Notes under the pieces: generated by a model
What the model was told of the DNA's origin: nothing
Seen by the model: the letters and a program-made list of their open reading frames with translations, nothing else
Database searches by the model: none
Translations under genes and position numbers: made by a program
IMG/VR virus record: IMGVR_UViG_3300010429_001449
Reading direction: 5' to 3' (one strand)
DNA length: 64,000 nt
From: a virus
Lineage: Duplodnaviria; Caudoviricetes
Shown here: positions 22,818-32,427 of the stretch, one piece after another
Numbering within the stretch: the stretch's first letter is position 1
How the letters are laid out: every line of letters begins with the position of its first letter

Positions 22818-23460
22818 CCGTTAGCTCCGCACATTCAAAGCCCGGCAAGGGCGGTGTCTGTTGAAGATTGTAGAAACGCCCGGCAGCCACTCTGTACCGC
22901 TTGGGCGTCAAAGGCTCCCGCGTCTCCGCTAACACGGCTTTGTGTACCTCTCCGTAATAGTTCATCCAAGCATCATACAACTGCTTGTAGGGAGCAAACA
23001 TTTCGGGCGTATAGGTTGTGCTTTGGAGGACGTTCCTAGCTCCTTCCAACATAGCCAGGATTTGCTCTCCGATACAATCGGGGACGCCGCGAGAGGTGCG
23101 GTATTGAGCAAGTCCGATGCAATCGGGGACGCAGTAAGAGGCGCGATAGCGAGCAAGCTTGGCGCACAACGGAGGAAACTCGGCGTTCAGACGATCCTGG
23201 ATGAGCGCGTCAATCGCCGGGTCGCTGAGGGGATGAACATAGGTAATGAAAATCTTTACGGCGTCTCTGTAACGGCGCAACCCGCAGAGGATGCGCTCCT
23301 GCAAGTCCGGCACGGAACTGCGAGGAACCAGGTAGACCTGTGGGCGGATCGGGATGCCGCACGGCTTGAGGCGGCTGTTCATACGATGCGCCGTCCAAGG
23401 CCGTTTGGCCGGATAGGAGTACGTCACCAGCGCCCACCGCGTGTCGCCAAGATCAGTCAT
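22792..23460 (-). CDS. Hypothetical protein
   Basis: 222-aa ORF in operon. Confidence 0.7.
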   Translation of the reverse strand: MTDLGDTRWALVTYSYPAKRPWTAHRMNSRLKPCGIPIRPQVYLVPRSSVPDLQERILCGLRRYRDAVKIFITYVHPLSDPAIDALIQDRLNAEFPPLCAKLARYRASYCVPDCIGLAQYRTSRGVPDCIGEQILAMLEGARNVLQSTTYTPEMFAPYKQLYDAWMNYYGEVHKAVLAETREPLTPKRYRVAAGRFYNLQQTPPLPGFECAELTDGQGRKQT

Positions 23461-23701
23461 CGCCGTTCTCTCTCTTTTGGAGGGCGCGAACCTTTTCTTT
23501 TACCGCGTCAATCTCGCTGCGCACGCGGTCGAAACAGAATTCCTTGCCAGCCAAGAAAGCAGCGTCTCGCGCCTCCGGCGTGTCCGCGCAGGGCATCCTA
23601 ACGCTCACGTCAACACGAAAAGAGTTGAAGTTAGGAAGTCCCAAAGTCCTTCCAATCGCCACTTCCACGTGAGAACTTTTGGGGTCTGACGGCTCGGCCA
23701 T
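23453..23701 (-). CDS. Conserved small phage protein
   Basis: GRTLGLPNFNSFRVDV pattern (xTxNLGNYESxRVD-like). Confidence 0.75.
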   Translation of the reverse strand: MAEPSDPKSSHVEVAIGRTLGLPNFNSFRVDVSVRMPCADTPEARDAAFLAGKEFCFDRVRSEIDAVKEKVRALQKRENGDD

Positions 23702-23852
23702 CTTCCAATTCTCCCGATTCAATTGACTCGAAAACCACGCGCTTGCCTTCACCGAACCCCACTGGCTCCGTGATCGTCACCGAAACGGCGTAAACAGGGT
23801 TCTGAGCGTGAATGATAATGTTGCCGGGACGTAAGAGGGAGCTACCCGCCAT
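23631..23852 (-). CDS. Hypothetical protein
   Basis: TAATG coupling with upstream gene. Confidence 0.45.
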   Translation of the reverse strand: MAGSSLLRPGNIIIHAQNPVYAVSVTITEPVGFGEGKRVVFESIESGELEDGRAVRPQKFSRGSGDWKDFGTS

Positions 23853-24439
23853 TACGCACCCCGTTCCTTCGCCCGATCTCTCGATTCCCGTACGCGGTCG
23901 CGGACAAACTCCTTCTTGAACTCTTTCTTGACGGCGTCGAAGAAGGCGGCTCGCCCAAGACACAGGTAAGGACGTAGACGATACATTCGCTGAACGTAGT
24001 CAGGAGTAAACCACCGGCGCACAAGCGGAGCACCCGGATAATTGGCCTCCGTCAAAAAGTCGGGACCGGGTATCAAGCCGTCCGTCGCCCATCCAGCTAC
24101 CGTACGTGGAGCTACGTCCAGCGCCGCAGCTACCGCCGCCGGGGAGACCAGTAACTTCGCCTCACCCTGGAGCTTGACCACGATCTCGCGGTGCTGACAC
24201 GTGCTTAGGTCGAAATTGGGCGTGGCAGCTATCTCAGCCTGCGCGGCCTCAAACAACTTCCGCTTCTTGCCCTCGCGCCACTCGCGCTCCCGGCGCAACA
24301 CCGCCTTGCGGTAGTCGTCGCTCTTCCAGTAACGATCCTTGCGATGCTGCGATATCTCGGCCTTGTGCTCAGAGTAGTAACTCGCGTTATACTCGGGGGT
24401 GTTACGGCTCTTGTTTGCAGACTTACTTTTTCTTCCCAT
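23852..24439 (-). CDS. MerR-like HTH DNA-binding protein
   Basis: VAAALDVAPRTVAGW..GLIP...RRWFT. Confidence 0.75.
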   Translation of the reverse strand: MGRKSKSANKSRNTPEYNASYYSEHKAEISQHRKDRYWKSDDYRKAVLRREREWREGKKRKLFEAAQAEIAATPNFDLSTCQHREIVVKLQGEAKLLVSPAAVAAALDVAPRTVAGWATDGLIPGPDFLTEANYPGAPLVRRWFTPDYVQRMYRLRPYLCLGRAAFFDAVKKEFKKEFVRDRVRESRDRAKERGA

Positions 24440-24458
24440 CTTGGAGTCTCCTAGTCCT

Positions 24459-24486
24459 AGTATAACAGATTATACGGATTTGTCAA
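24459..24486 (-). promoter_or_regulatory. Promoter (TATACT class)
   Basis: TTGACA-N16-TATACT with TG extension. Confidence 0.8.
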
Positions 24487-24709
24487 GACCCGGCACGGGG
24501 AATTCCGCGAACTCGGCGGTATCTCCGGCTTCGAGCCTGCGCTGAAGGTCGTCGGTGAGGACGAAGGTGAAGTTGATGGGGATTTTCGCATTTGGCGGCC
24601 CATTCAGGAAGGCGCGGATGTTCTCATCCACCTTCGAGCCGCGCACGAAACGAGAGAACTGCCAAGCCATCCAGCGCTTGACCAGATCAACCTGTTCTTG
24701 CTTTGCCAT
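24470..24709 (-). CDS. Hypothetical protein
   Basis: AAGGAG RBS, TAATG coupling with helicase. Confidence 0.7.
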   Translation of the reverse strand: MAKQEQVDLVKRWMAWQFSRFVRGSKVDENIRAFLNGPPNAKIPINFTFVLTDDLQRRLEAGDTAEFAEFPVPGLDKSV

Positions 24710-26148
24710 TAGAAGTCTCCTTCGAGAGAAACAGAAGCGTAGTCGGGGGCGACCTTGACGTTGTAGCCCAGCCGCTCGTACTGCTTGAGGCGCTTTTTGC
24801 CCCAATCAAGACAAAGAGGTATGTCGTCTACGGGGTCCACGACCACGGGCGTCTTCTTGCCGTCGTGGTTGCGGAGAATACGACCTGTCGCCTGCTCAAC
24901 GTCAGCCATCGGCGTTGCGAGGTACAGCGTGTCCATAGCGGGGATGTCCAAGCCCTCGGCGGCCATCGAGTACGTGCCGAAGATGGCGTCGCACTGTGCG
25001 CTGGCATCCAGGTCCGCCTGCTTCATCTGGCCGACGTAAAAGCCGGAGGTGTAACGCCCACTGCACCCGGAATGGAACATGGAGCGGAGAATGTCGAGGT
25101 GTTCCCGCCTAGCGGACAGAATGAAAATCTTGCGACCCTTGGCGCAGGCAGCCAACATCTCGGAAACGAGCCATTCGTTGCGCGGCTCGACCTTCACGAG
25201 CAGGTTGAGGAACGTGGCGAGGAAGGTTGTCTCTTCTCGACCCCCGGCAGCCTTGCGATGATACCGCGCTTCAGGGACGTAAGTGTGTCGCTGCACCTGA
25301 TAGACGTTCGGCACCAGCCCGTAAGACCACCCTTTGGCAAGGACATCGCCTATCGTCAGGGACAAAACCTTGGTCAGGCCATCCTTGCGACGCGGCGTCG
25401 CGCTGACGCCGATTCTGTACGCGGCGGGGAACAACGCGGAAACGCGGCACCACTTCTCGGCAGCAAGACGATGCACCTCGTCCGCCAAAATGACGCCGGG
25501 CCACGTAAACAATTCGGGGGGATACTCGCGGGACAACAACGACTGGATCATGGCGACTACGACCTTCTTGCCCTCGAACTGACACTTCTTCTGCTGCACG
25601 AGACCGATGTCGCCCTTCTCCATATCCGTGAACTTGAGAAGCTCCCGCACCCACTGCTTTTGAAGAAAACCCTTGTTCACAAGCACCAGGGTTGATAATC
25701 CGAGCCGCGAGGCAATCTTCAAGGACATGCACGTCTTTCCGCTCCCGCACGGGGCGCTGAGGATGCCGCCCTTCATGCTGCCCGGCTGCGACGCCAACCT
25801 CGCCAGAAACGTCTCGATAAGGCCATCTTGGAACTTTTTCTTAGAAGTTTCTTGAGACTGAACGTCCTCGCGGAAGGAAAAGGCGACCGGCTGACCGAGA
25901 GACGGGGCTTGTCGAATTTCGACGCGACCGCTGTTCGTCCAGGCGGAAAGGTCGTAGCCGCGAGGAAGCAGCAGCCCTCCGTCCTCGGATTCCTCATACA
26001 GACGGACCGGCGCTTTCTTGCCGAAGCCATAATCTTTCTTGAAATAGGTACGAAAAGTAAGGTCGTCCTCAATCCGACAAGCGTCTAGGGGCGTAACAGC
26101 CTCGGCAGGCACGCGAGCGACGGAGTCTATGATGATGGTGGGCGTCAT
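24709..26148 (-). CDS. Superfamily 2 DNA helicase (UvsW/XPB-like)
   Basis: APCGSGKT, DEVH, SATPRRKDG, EGLDIP, QATGRILR. Confidence 0.92.
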   Translation of the reverse strand: MTPTIIIDSVARVPAEAVTPLDACRIEDDLTFRTYFKKDYGFGKKAPVRLYEESEDGGLLLPRGYDLSAWTNSGRVEIRQAPSLGQPVAFSFREDVQSQETSKKKFQDGLIETFLARLASQPGSMKGGILSAPCGSGKTCMSLKIASRLGLSTLVLVNKGFLQKQWVRELLKFTDMEKGDIGLVQQKKCQFEGKKVVVAMIQSLLSREYPPELFTWPGVILADEVHRLAAEKWCRVSALFPAAYRIGVSATPRRKDGLTKVLSLTIGDVLAKGWSYGLVPNVYQVQRHTYVPEARYHRKAAGGREETTFLATFLNLLVKVEPRNEWLVSEMLAACAKGRKIFILSARREHLDILRSMFHSGCSGRYTSGFYVGQMKQADLDASAQCDAIFGTYSMAAEGLDIPAMDTLYLATPMADVEQATGRILRNHDGKKTPVVVDPVDDIPLCLDWGKKRLKQYERLGYNVKVAPDYASVSLEGDF

Positions 26149-28073
26149 TTCTTCTTTGCCGCCTCCTCTCTGTCCTCAGCATCCTTCTTGGCTTTGAGCC
26201 AGTCAAGACCCACGCCGCCCCCGGCAACCAGCGGAACAGACAAAGGTAACGCACTACACATCTCGTGAGAGATCATCGCGCAGACTTCCTCGGCGGCCTC
26301 AGCTACGCACTCCGTCACCAATTCATCATGCACTTGATTGACAATGTGTATGTCGCACTTGGCCCACGCTCGTTCAGCACGCACGCGCCGACGAATGTTC
26401 CGCATGGCGAGCTTGATCATGTCGGCGGCACTGCCTTGAACGGTGAAGTTAACCCCAATCCGGAACGCCGACCCTGGATTCTGACTGAACAAATACGCCA
26501 AGTCCCGCACCCGACCAGTCAAACTCAACACGTAACCTTTGTCCCGAATCTGTTTGAAAATCTTCTCGTGATACTCCGCAATGCCAGGATACTTCTCAAA
26601 AAACGCTGTGTGCCAGTCAATACACTCCTCCACAGGACGCTCAATACGCGCCTTCAACCACAAGAAGTCTTTAAGTCCTTGTGGCGTCTGACCATACAAC
26701 AAACCGAAGTTTACGTTCTTGGCTATCGTCCGAGGAAACTTGGGATCACCGCTCTTTTCCGCCAGGGCGAGGCGTGTGGTTTCGTGGAGATCAATGGCGT
26801 TGGGGTTCGTCGCGGCGTCGATGTAGACCTTGCGCATGGATGGATCATTGCATTGATGGGCCATTATGCGCAGTTCGAGTTGGCTATAGTCGTGGACGAG
26901 AAGGACTTTGCCGGGTGGCGCGACGAACGCGGCTTTGATTGGATATGTGTACTGCCATTTGAAACCGCCCGCTCTCGGTATGTTTTCGATGTTAGGGTGC
27001 CTGCTGCTGAAACGGCCTGTAGCAGTGCCCGCCTGCCAGAAGTCGGAGTGGATGCGCCCCGTGCCGGAGTTCATGGCCTGCTTGCGCAAACCACGGACAT
27101 ACGTCCCAATCATCTTCTCGCGGCCCTTCCAGGCAAGATATTTGTCTACAAAGTTCGGCTTGTCGGGGTCTTTGGAAACCAATGTGGCCAACAAACCTTT
27201 GTCTACAGGGTAAGTCCCGGCCTTCGTCCGCTCCGTACCGGGAGGCGGAGACATTCCGAACTTGTCGTAAACGATGTAGGCGACCTGCTGAGGACTGCCT
27301 AAGTTGAACGGCTCGCCCGCTATCTCGTGTAGCTCGGCCTTGAGCGCGTCCATCTCGTCAACAATCTCGTCCTCGGCTTTGTTCAGGAAGTTGACGTCGA
27401 TGCCAATGCCGTGATACTCCATCTCAGCAATCAGCCGCGTGATCTCCATCTCAACGGCCCAGAACCATCTCAGGGTGCGCGGCTTCTTCTCCAGGGCGGG
27501 CAGTAACTTCTCACGCCAGACGCGCAGCGTCCAACGAGCATCGTCTGCGGCATACTCGTCTTCGCTTTTGATAATGTGCTCCATCCCCGGCAACGCCTCG
27601 CCCGCGAGAGCAGTCTGACGGTATTCGGGAAGAATCACGTCATAGAGGTCGTAAATGAGACCGCCCTTGCCCTTCAAACGCAGACGAGACGTTCCGGCGC
27701 GAGTCTCATCAACCATGTAGGCCGCTACCCAGGTGTCAGCATACTTGCAGAGAACCTCTATCCCCATCCGCATAAGAAACTGCAAGTCGAACGCCCCATT
27801 GTGCATAACAACAAGCTTGTCGCGCAGCGAGAGTATCCCCTTGACGTAACGCATTACGTCATCAAAGCGATACGCCCGGCTGCTGAGAACCGGGATATAC
27901 CACGCCCGATCCCCAGCAGCCAAGGCAACGCCGCGTATCGAGTCCTTGTGAGGACTCAGACCGGTGGTCTCCAAGTCGAATGAAAATACGCCATGTCGAG
28001 CAAGGACATCATCGATCTCGGACGTTAGCAGGGCGAAATTATTCGTCGTAATCAACGATGCCGCCGTCGTCAT
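26145..28073 (-). CDS. polA: Family A DNA polymerase with 3'-5' exonuclease
   Basis: FDLETTG, HNGAFD, TATGRFSS..PN, DYSQLELR, R..AK..NFGLLYG, VQGSAAD, VHDE. Confidence 0.95.
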   Translation of the reverse strand: MTTAASLITTNNFALLTSEIDDVLARHGVFSFDLETTGLSPHKDSIRGVALAAGDRAWYIPVLSSRAYRFDDVMRYVKGILSLRDKLVVMHNGAFDLQFLMRMGIEVLCKYADTWVAAYMVDETRAGTSRLRLKGKGGLIYDLYDVILPEYRQTALAGEALPGMEHIIKSEDEYAADDARWTLRVWREKLLPALEKKPRTLRWFWAVEMEITRLIAEMEYHGIGIDVNFLNKAEDEIVDEMDALKAELHEIAGEPFNLGSPQQVAYIVYDKFGMSPPPGTERTKAGTYPVDKGLLATLVSKDPDKPNFVDKYLAWKGREKMIGTYVRGLRKQAMNSGTGRIHSDFWQAGTATGRFSSRHPNIENIPRAGGFKWQYTYPIKAAFVAPPGKVLLVHDYSQLELRIMAHQCNDPSMRKVYIDAATNPNAIDLHETTRLALAEKSGDPKFPRTIAKNVNFGLLYGQTPQGLKDFLWLKARIERPVEECIDWHTAFFEKYPGIAEYHEKIFKQIRDKGYVLSLTGRVRDLAYLFSQNPGSAFRIGVNFTVQGSAADMIKLAMRNIRRRVRAERAWAKCDIHIVNQVHDELVTECVAEAAEEVCAMISHEMCSALPLSVPLVAGGGVGLDWLKAKKDAEDREEAAKKK

Positions 28074-28875
28074 CGGCACCCTTATCCTTACCAGCACCGG
28101 CCTTCTTCTTGTCACGGTACCACGTCAGGCCGTCCGAACACTTGACCGAGGACAACATCTTGCGGAGAACGTCCGGCTCCTTCGGCTTGAACATCTCGCG
28201 GTAGAAAGCCAACGCCTCGTCCGCCCTCATGCCGAAAGGCCGCAAGTCCAACGGATACTTGCTGTCAGCCTCCGGCCACAACCCCTTCTCCCGAAGATAG
28301 CCTTCAATGCTCTCCAACTTCTGCTCAGGCATGAAGTCAGAACCAGCACGCGCCGCCTTCATGTCGTGGCGGGCAACGCTGAACAACCAACCTTGAAGGT
28401 TGTTCAACCGCTTGTAGCGGGATTGAATAACGTTCAGGGCTTCGTTCACGGCAGGCAGAATGCTTACCTGCGGACGAATCACTTCCTTGCCGGTCTCAGG
28501 ATCGCGCCACCGCGCTATGTCGATGACGGAAAAGATGCCGACAAACTGGGACGTGAATCCGTTGGCGCACAAGACACACCCGCCACGCTGCGATACGCAA
28601 GGCTCGTGAACAGGATGCTTCCAGTCACCGTCCTTAACGATGTTGTGGAAACGCAAACAGAACGGAATCACGTCGTTCCCGTTCTCCGTCTTCCACGTAA
28701 AGTCGTCAAGGAAAATGATCTGCCGGGACTTGTCCTCCTCCGGCGACGATACGCCTACCCAAAACCAGCGACGCTTACCGTCCTGCGCCCGCCTCTCCTC
28801 CTGCCGAGCCTGCTCGGCCTCCTTCGCCCCCCAACCAGACGAATACCAGTGCCCGTCTACCTTGTCCGTACTCAT
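28039..28875 (-). CDS. Single-stranded DNA-binding protein (gp32-like)
   Basis: RRWFW, IFLDD, H...C......CVLC Zn site, acidic C-terminus, position beside polymerase. Confidence 0.65.
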   Translation of the reverse strand: MSTDKVDGHWYSSGWGAKEAEQARQEERRAQDGKRRWFWVGVSSPEEDKSRQIIFLDDFTWKTENGNDVIPFCLRFHNIVKDGDWKHPVHEPCVSQRGGCVLCANGFTSQFVGIFSVIDIARWRDPETGKEVIRPQVSILPAVNEALNVIQSRYKRLNNLQGWLFSVARHDMKAARAGSDFMPEQKLESIEGYLREKGLWPEADSKYPLDLRPFGMRADEALAFYREMFKPKEPDVLRKMLSSVKCSDGLTWYRDKKKAGAGKDKGADDDGGIVDYDE

Positions 28876-29094
28876 GAGTTACTCCTAGTGGCTTAAGCCA
28901 CACAAAAACGTGCCTGCGGCACAAAAGAAGTTGCGGCAACGTTGCCGCACACCAAACGAAAATGCTCGGGTTTTGTAGAGTTTGGAAATCCGTATTGCGG
29001 CAATTTCGAGAAAAATTGCCGTATCCCACTTGAGCGTCCTATACGCATCGGCTAAAGACCTCGAAAAGAACCTCGGCTGCCATCGATATGCCTT

Positions 29095-29122
29095 AGTATA
29101 ACAGCAGCGAGGCGAGTGTCAA
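29095..29122 (-). promoter_or_regulatory. Promoter (TATACT class)
   Basis: TTGACA-N16-TATACT. Confidence 0.8.
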
Positions 29123-30114
29123 GCCTTTTTTGGGCGAATGTAGGTGGATTTGGACAAAACGGACTGAAATTCGTCGGCACTAACACAGTCGCCGGGGTCT
29201 TTGCGGCCAGGGATGTGGGGTACGTCGAAGAGCTTCAGGCGGCGACCGAGGGCGTGGCTCAACAACAAACGGGCGTCGTTACCGGCCTTGTCGCGGTCTG
29301 TAGAGATGTAAACGGGCTTGTCCCAGAAAGCCAGCTTCTCGACGCGAACCTGAGTGACAGACGTGCCCATCATGCCCAAGACGTTCCGGAAACCTAACGA
29401 CCATAGCTTCAAAACGTCCATAGGCCCTTCAACAAGAATGATGCGCGGCTTGTCCAAGTCCAACAGATGCTCGCCAAAAAAGAAACGGCCTTTGTTGAAC
29501 CCGGAATAGTCCCGATACTTGGGAACACAATCCGCCTCCCAATCCCCTAAGTAACGACCTAGTACACCGACCAACGCCTTGTCCTTCTGCCGTCGTACTG
29601 GAAATACGACCCGCCGCTGAAATTCGTCGTAAAGAGCCGAGAACAACCGACATGTGGCCTCGTCTATCCCACGATCCTTTATGAGATACGGGTGGATGGC
29701 GCGGCGAAAATTGGCCAAAAACTCCTCCGGCCAGACAGAGTCGTCACTAACACCAGGCTGCGTCGCCTCCAGCGAGGCTACGTGCTTCCTGCCTGCGCGA
29801 AGCCACATCCCCGGAAGGTTCTCCGCCTCAGCCAACCGAACTTGCTCCACGAGACCTTCGGGTACAGAACCCTTAATCTTTTTTTCCAGTTCGGCAAGAA
29901 CGCTCACGAGGACCCCGTCGGTATGGCAGGTGAAGCATTGGACGAGGGAGCGGTCTGAGTCGGAGAAGGAGATGGACATTGACGGGTTATCGTCTTTGCC
30001 GGAGGCGTGGTGTATGGGGGCGAAGGGGCAGGGGATGGAGATATTTCCGTTGGATTCGGAGATTTTGGTGATGCCTAGGGTATGGACGAGTTCTAGGAGG
30101 GATGTTTTGTTCAT
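29119..30114 (-). CDS. dnaG: DNA primase (Zn finger plus TOPRIM)
   Basis: CPF..HH..D.NPS..CFTC, RVVFP, PKY, LVEGPMD, DRDKAG, KDPGD. Confidence 0.92.
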   Translation of the reverse strand: MNKTSLLELVHTLGITKISESNGNISIPCPFAPIHHASGKDDNPSMSISFSDSDRSLVQCFTCHTDGVLVSVLAELEKKIKGSVPEGLVEQVRLAEAENLPGMWLRAGRKHVASLEATQPGVSDDSVWPEEFLANFRRAIHPYLIKDRGIDEATCRLFSALYDEFQRRVVFPVRRQKDKALVGVLGRYLGDWEADCVPKYRDYSGFNKGRFFFGEHLLDLDKPRIILVEGPMDVLKLWSLGFRNVLGMMGTSVTQVRVEKLAFWDKPVYISTDRDKAGNDARLLLSHALGRRLKLFDVPHIPGRKDPGDCVSADEFQSVLSKSTYIRPKKA

Positions 30115-30140
30115 GGTAGTGGGGTGCGCCGCACGAGGTC

Positions 30141-31832
30141 TTAGCGGACTATTTCGGGGTCATCGGGGCTGTTGTCGTTGTCGTTGTCGTTTTGGTTTGG
30201 GTTGAGGGGGCGTTTTTTGTTTTTGAGAGGGGGGCGCGGCTCGTGATCCTCTGTTGGTGGGGGTGGCGGCGCGGGGGCGTCGTCGTTCTCGATTTCTCCG
30301 TCGTCCTCTACGTCGGTGGTATCTGGTTCCGGAGTAGAGGGGGCGTTTTCTTGAGACCCGCTAGAGGGGGCGTCCGCGCCCGGGTCGCCGTCTGGCTTGG
30401 GAGTTTCGTCGCTCCCGGAAACGTCCTTTTGGGCGTCTGAAGGAGTTGCGCCGCCGGAGACAACGTACAGATTCAGGTTGCCTTGATCCGATGACTTGGC
30501 GGCATCGGGCGATCTGGGGGGTACTAGGCCGGAAACGGTTGGCGAGGAGGGCGCGTGTGACGTGATCTTGGTGCCGGGCTGGGGGGCGTTGTTGACGAGG
30601 TGGCCGTCTTTCATGTAGCCGATTTCGTCGAAGTTCACCGTCACAAGATTCCAGTGGATCATAATGTCCTTGTAGTCGGCGGCGTCGCGGCCTTCCATCA
30701 TACTTATCAGGCAGCGGTTCTGCCCGCGAAGGTCGGGCGGACGAAGAATGCCCAGAACCATGTCCGCGTTCTGCGGAATTTCGTAGGCCAGGCCGATGTT
30801 GGCGGTGTCGCCCGCCGTAGCATCCTTCTTCTGCTTTCGGTTGAATTGCGTAGAGCAAACGATGGGGATGTTCCTGCGGATGGCGAGCTTTTGGAGTTCG
30901 TCGATGACCGCCGCCATACTTTCCCACCGGGATTGCTTGGAAGACCCTTCGTTTGGCTTCATTCTGTAGATGGCGTCGATGATGACGATATCCGGCTTGA
31001 CCTCGCTCATCATCAGTTCCACGTCACAGGGGCGCGAGACGCAGCCTGTCCCCGCGAGGTGCGGGCTTTTGTCGTCACACTTCAAGGATTTGATCTGAGA
31101 CGTGTAACTATCCACGTCGTCCTGAGTCAGCCGCCCCTTCAAGATTCCTTCGTACGGAACACGGAAATGAATGGCGTCGAAGCGGGCCGCGATGCGCTCT
31201 ATGCGCATCTCCATACTGACGAACAGGACTTTGAGATTCATGCGATAGAAGTGTGACATCAAATAGGTCATTATGAACGTCTTGCCCATTTTGAGTGCGC
31301 CAGCGAAAACCCACAGTTCTCCCGGACGAACGCCGTTGCAACAGGCGTTCAACGTCGCCCACGGCATGAGGTATCCAGGAACCTCTCCATTTCTACGCAT
31401 CTCCATAACGGCTTCGTAACGAGCGTCCGCCGTGGCGATAAGATCGATGAAGTCGCGTTCGATGATGCGAGTCGTCTCTGCCTTGGTCAGCGCGGCTTTT
31501 ATCTTGTCGATGCAGTCGTCGAGTTTGCCTTGCCCCAAGTCTTCGGAAGCGACGGAGAGTTCTTCGGAAAGGGTGTTCGTTATGAACCGCTCCTTGATGA
31601 GCTTCGCGTAGTAAGCGAAAGGTTCGGGGGCCGGGACGAGAAACTCTTCTCCGAACTTTTCTTGAATAGTTTGTTTCGCCGGAACAACGTCGTGTTCGCG
31701 GACGTGGGTCAGAATGAACGTTATGGCTTCTCGTTCCTTGCCGTAGAACATTTCGACGCGCAAGTTGTGCTTGTGGAACTCCGCCAAGCCGTGTTCCAAG
31801 GTTTTCGAGATGATGCTATGACCCATTCCCAT
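30141..31832 (-). CDS. dnaB: DnaB-like replicative helicase with disordered C-terminal tail
   Basis: GELWVFAG..KMGKT, FVSMEM, IIDAIY, STQFNR, IPQNAD. Confidence 0.92.
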   Translation of the reverse strand: MGMGHSIISKTLEHGLAEFHKHNLRVEMFYGKEREAITFILTHVREHDVVPAKQTIQEKFGEEFLVPAPEPFAYYAKLIKERFITNTLSEELSVASEDLGQGKLDDCIDKIKAALTKAETTRIIERDFIDLIATADARYEAVMEMRRNGEVPGYLMPWATLNACCNGVRPGELWVFAGALKMGKTFIMTYLMSHFYRMNLKVLFVSMEMRIERIAARFDAIHFRVPYEGILKGRLTQDDVDSYTSQIKSLKCDDKSPHLAGTGCVSRPCDVELMMSEVKPDIVIIDAIYRMKPNEGSSKQSRWESMAAVIDELQKLAIRRNIPIVCSTQFNRKQKKDATAGDTANIGLAYEIPQNADMVLGILRPPDLRGQNRCLISMMEGRDAADYKDIMIHWNLVTVNFDEIGYMKDGHLVNNAPQPGTKITSHAPSSPTVSGLVPPRSPDAAKSSDQGNLNLYVVSGGATPSDAQKDVSGSDETPKPDGDPGADAPSSGSQENAPSTPEPDTTDVEDDGEIENDDAPAPPPPPTEDHEPRPPLKNKKRPLNPNQNDNDNDNSPDDPEIVR

Positions 31833-32427
31833 CGGAGTCTCCCTTCGTCCAATCTTGTCCCGACACCAGCAACAACGAACCGGCGTTCATCAGCATCGAC
31901 CACACAGAGGGGTAGAGTTCACTGAATTTTACGGGAGCCAGAGGGGTTGTTACGACTGTAGAGAGCATCTTGTTGTAGCGGCGGCGCACCATGTTCTCGA
32001 CGTGCTGCTCTCCGAATCGGCCTACCGTGTCGGGGGAACCAACGTCATCGAGAATGAGCAGGTCTATACGCTCGCAGTAACCCCACACGTCGCAACCGTC
32101 CTCGATTTCTTTGCCGGTTTCTTTGGCTTCGAGGAGGTCATTTGGACGAATTATGTAGGCGCTGCCGCCGTACCGGAAGACGTGCTTGCCTAGAATCACC
32201 GCCGCCGCCGTCTTGCCGGAGAAGCTGGGCCCGCTGATGATGAGGCATCGCCCGTCGTTGATGAAAGAACAGATTTCTTGGCAAAGGCCGGTCAGCACTT
32301 TCCCGTAGTTCGCTTCGATCTTGGCGGGATCGGCGTTCCAGAAACGCCGCCCGCAATTCATCGCAATCATGTGGTCAACCGTAACCGGATGATCCCACTT
32401 CTCCCAGATTCGGAAACCGTCTGTCAT
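31816..32427 (-). CDS. DnaC/IstB-like AAA+ helicase loader
   Basis: GPSFSGKT, DLLILDDVG, RRRYN..STVVTT. Confidence 0.85.
   Translation of the reverse strand: MTDGFRIWEKWDHPVTVDHMIAMNCGRRFWNADPAKIEANYGKVLTGLCQEICSFINDGRCLIISGPSFSGKTAAAVILGKHVFRYGGSAYIIRPNDLLEAKETGKEIEDGCDVWGYCERIDLLILDDVGSPDTVGRFGEQHVENMVRRRYNKMLSTVVTTPLAPVKFSELYPSVWSMLMNAGSLLLVSGQDWTKGDSDGNGS

Noticed and set aside
21480-28073. Inteins or introns in recA, helicase or polymerase
   Set aside because: No C/S...HN splice motifs or homing endonuclease motifs; lengths are normal apart from the RecA Zn insert.
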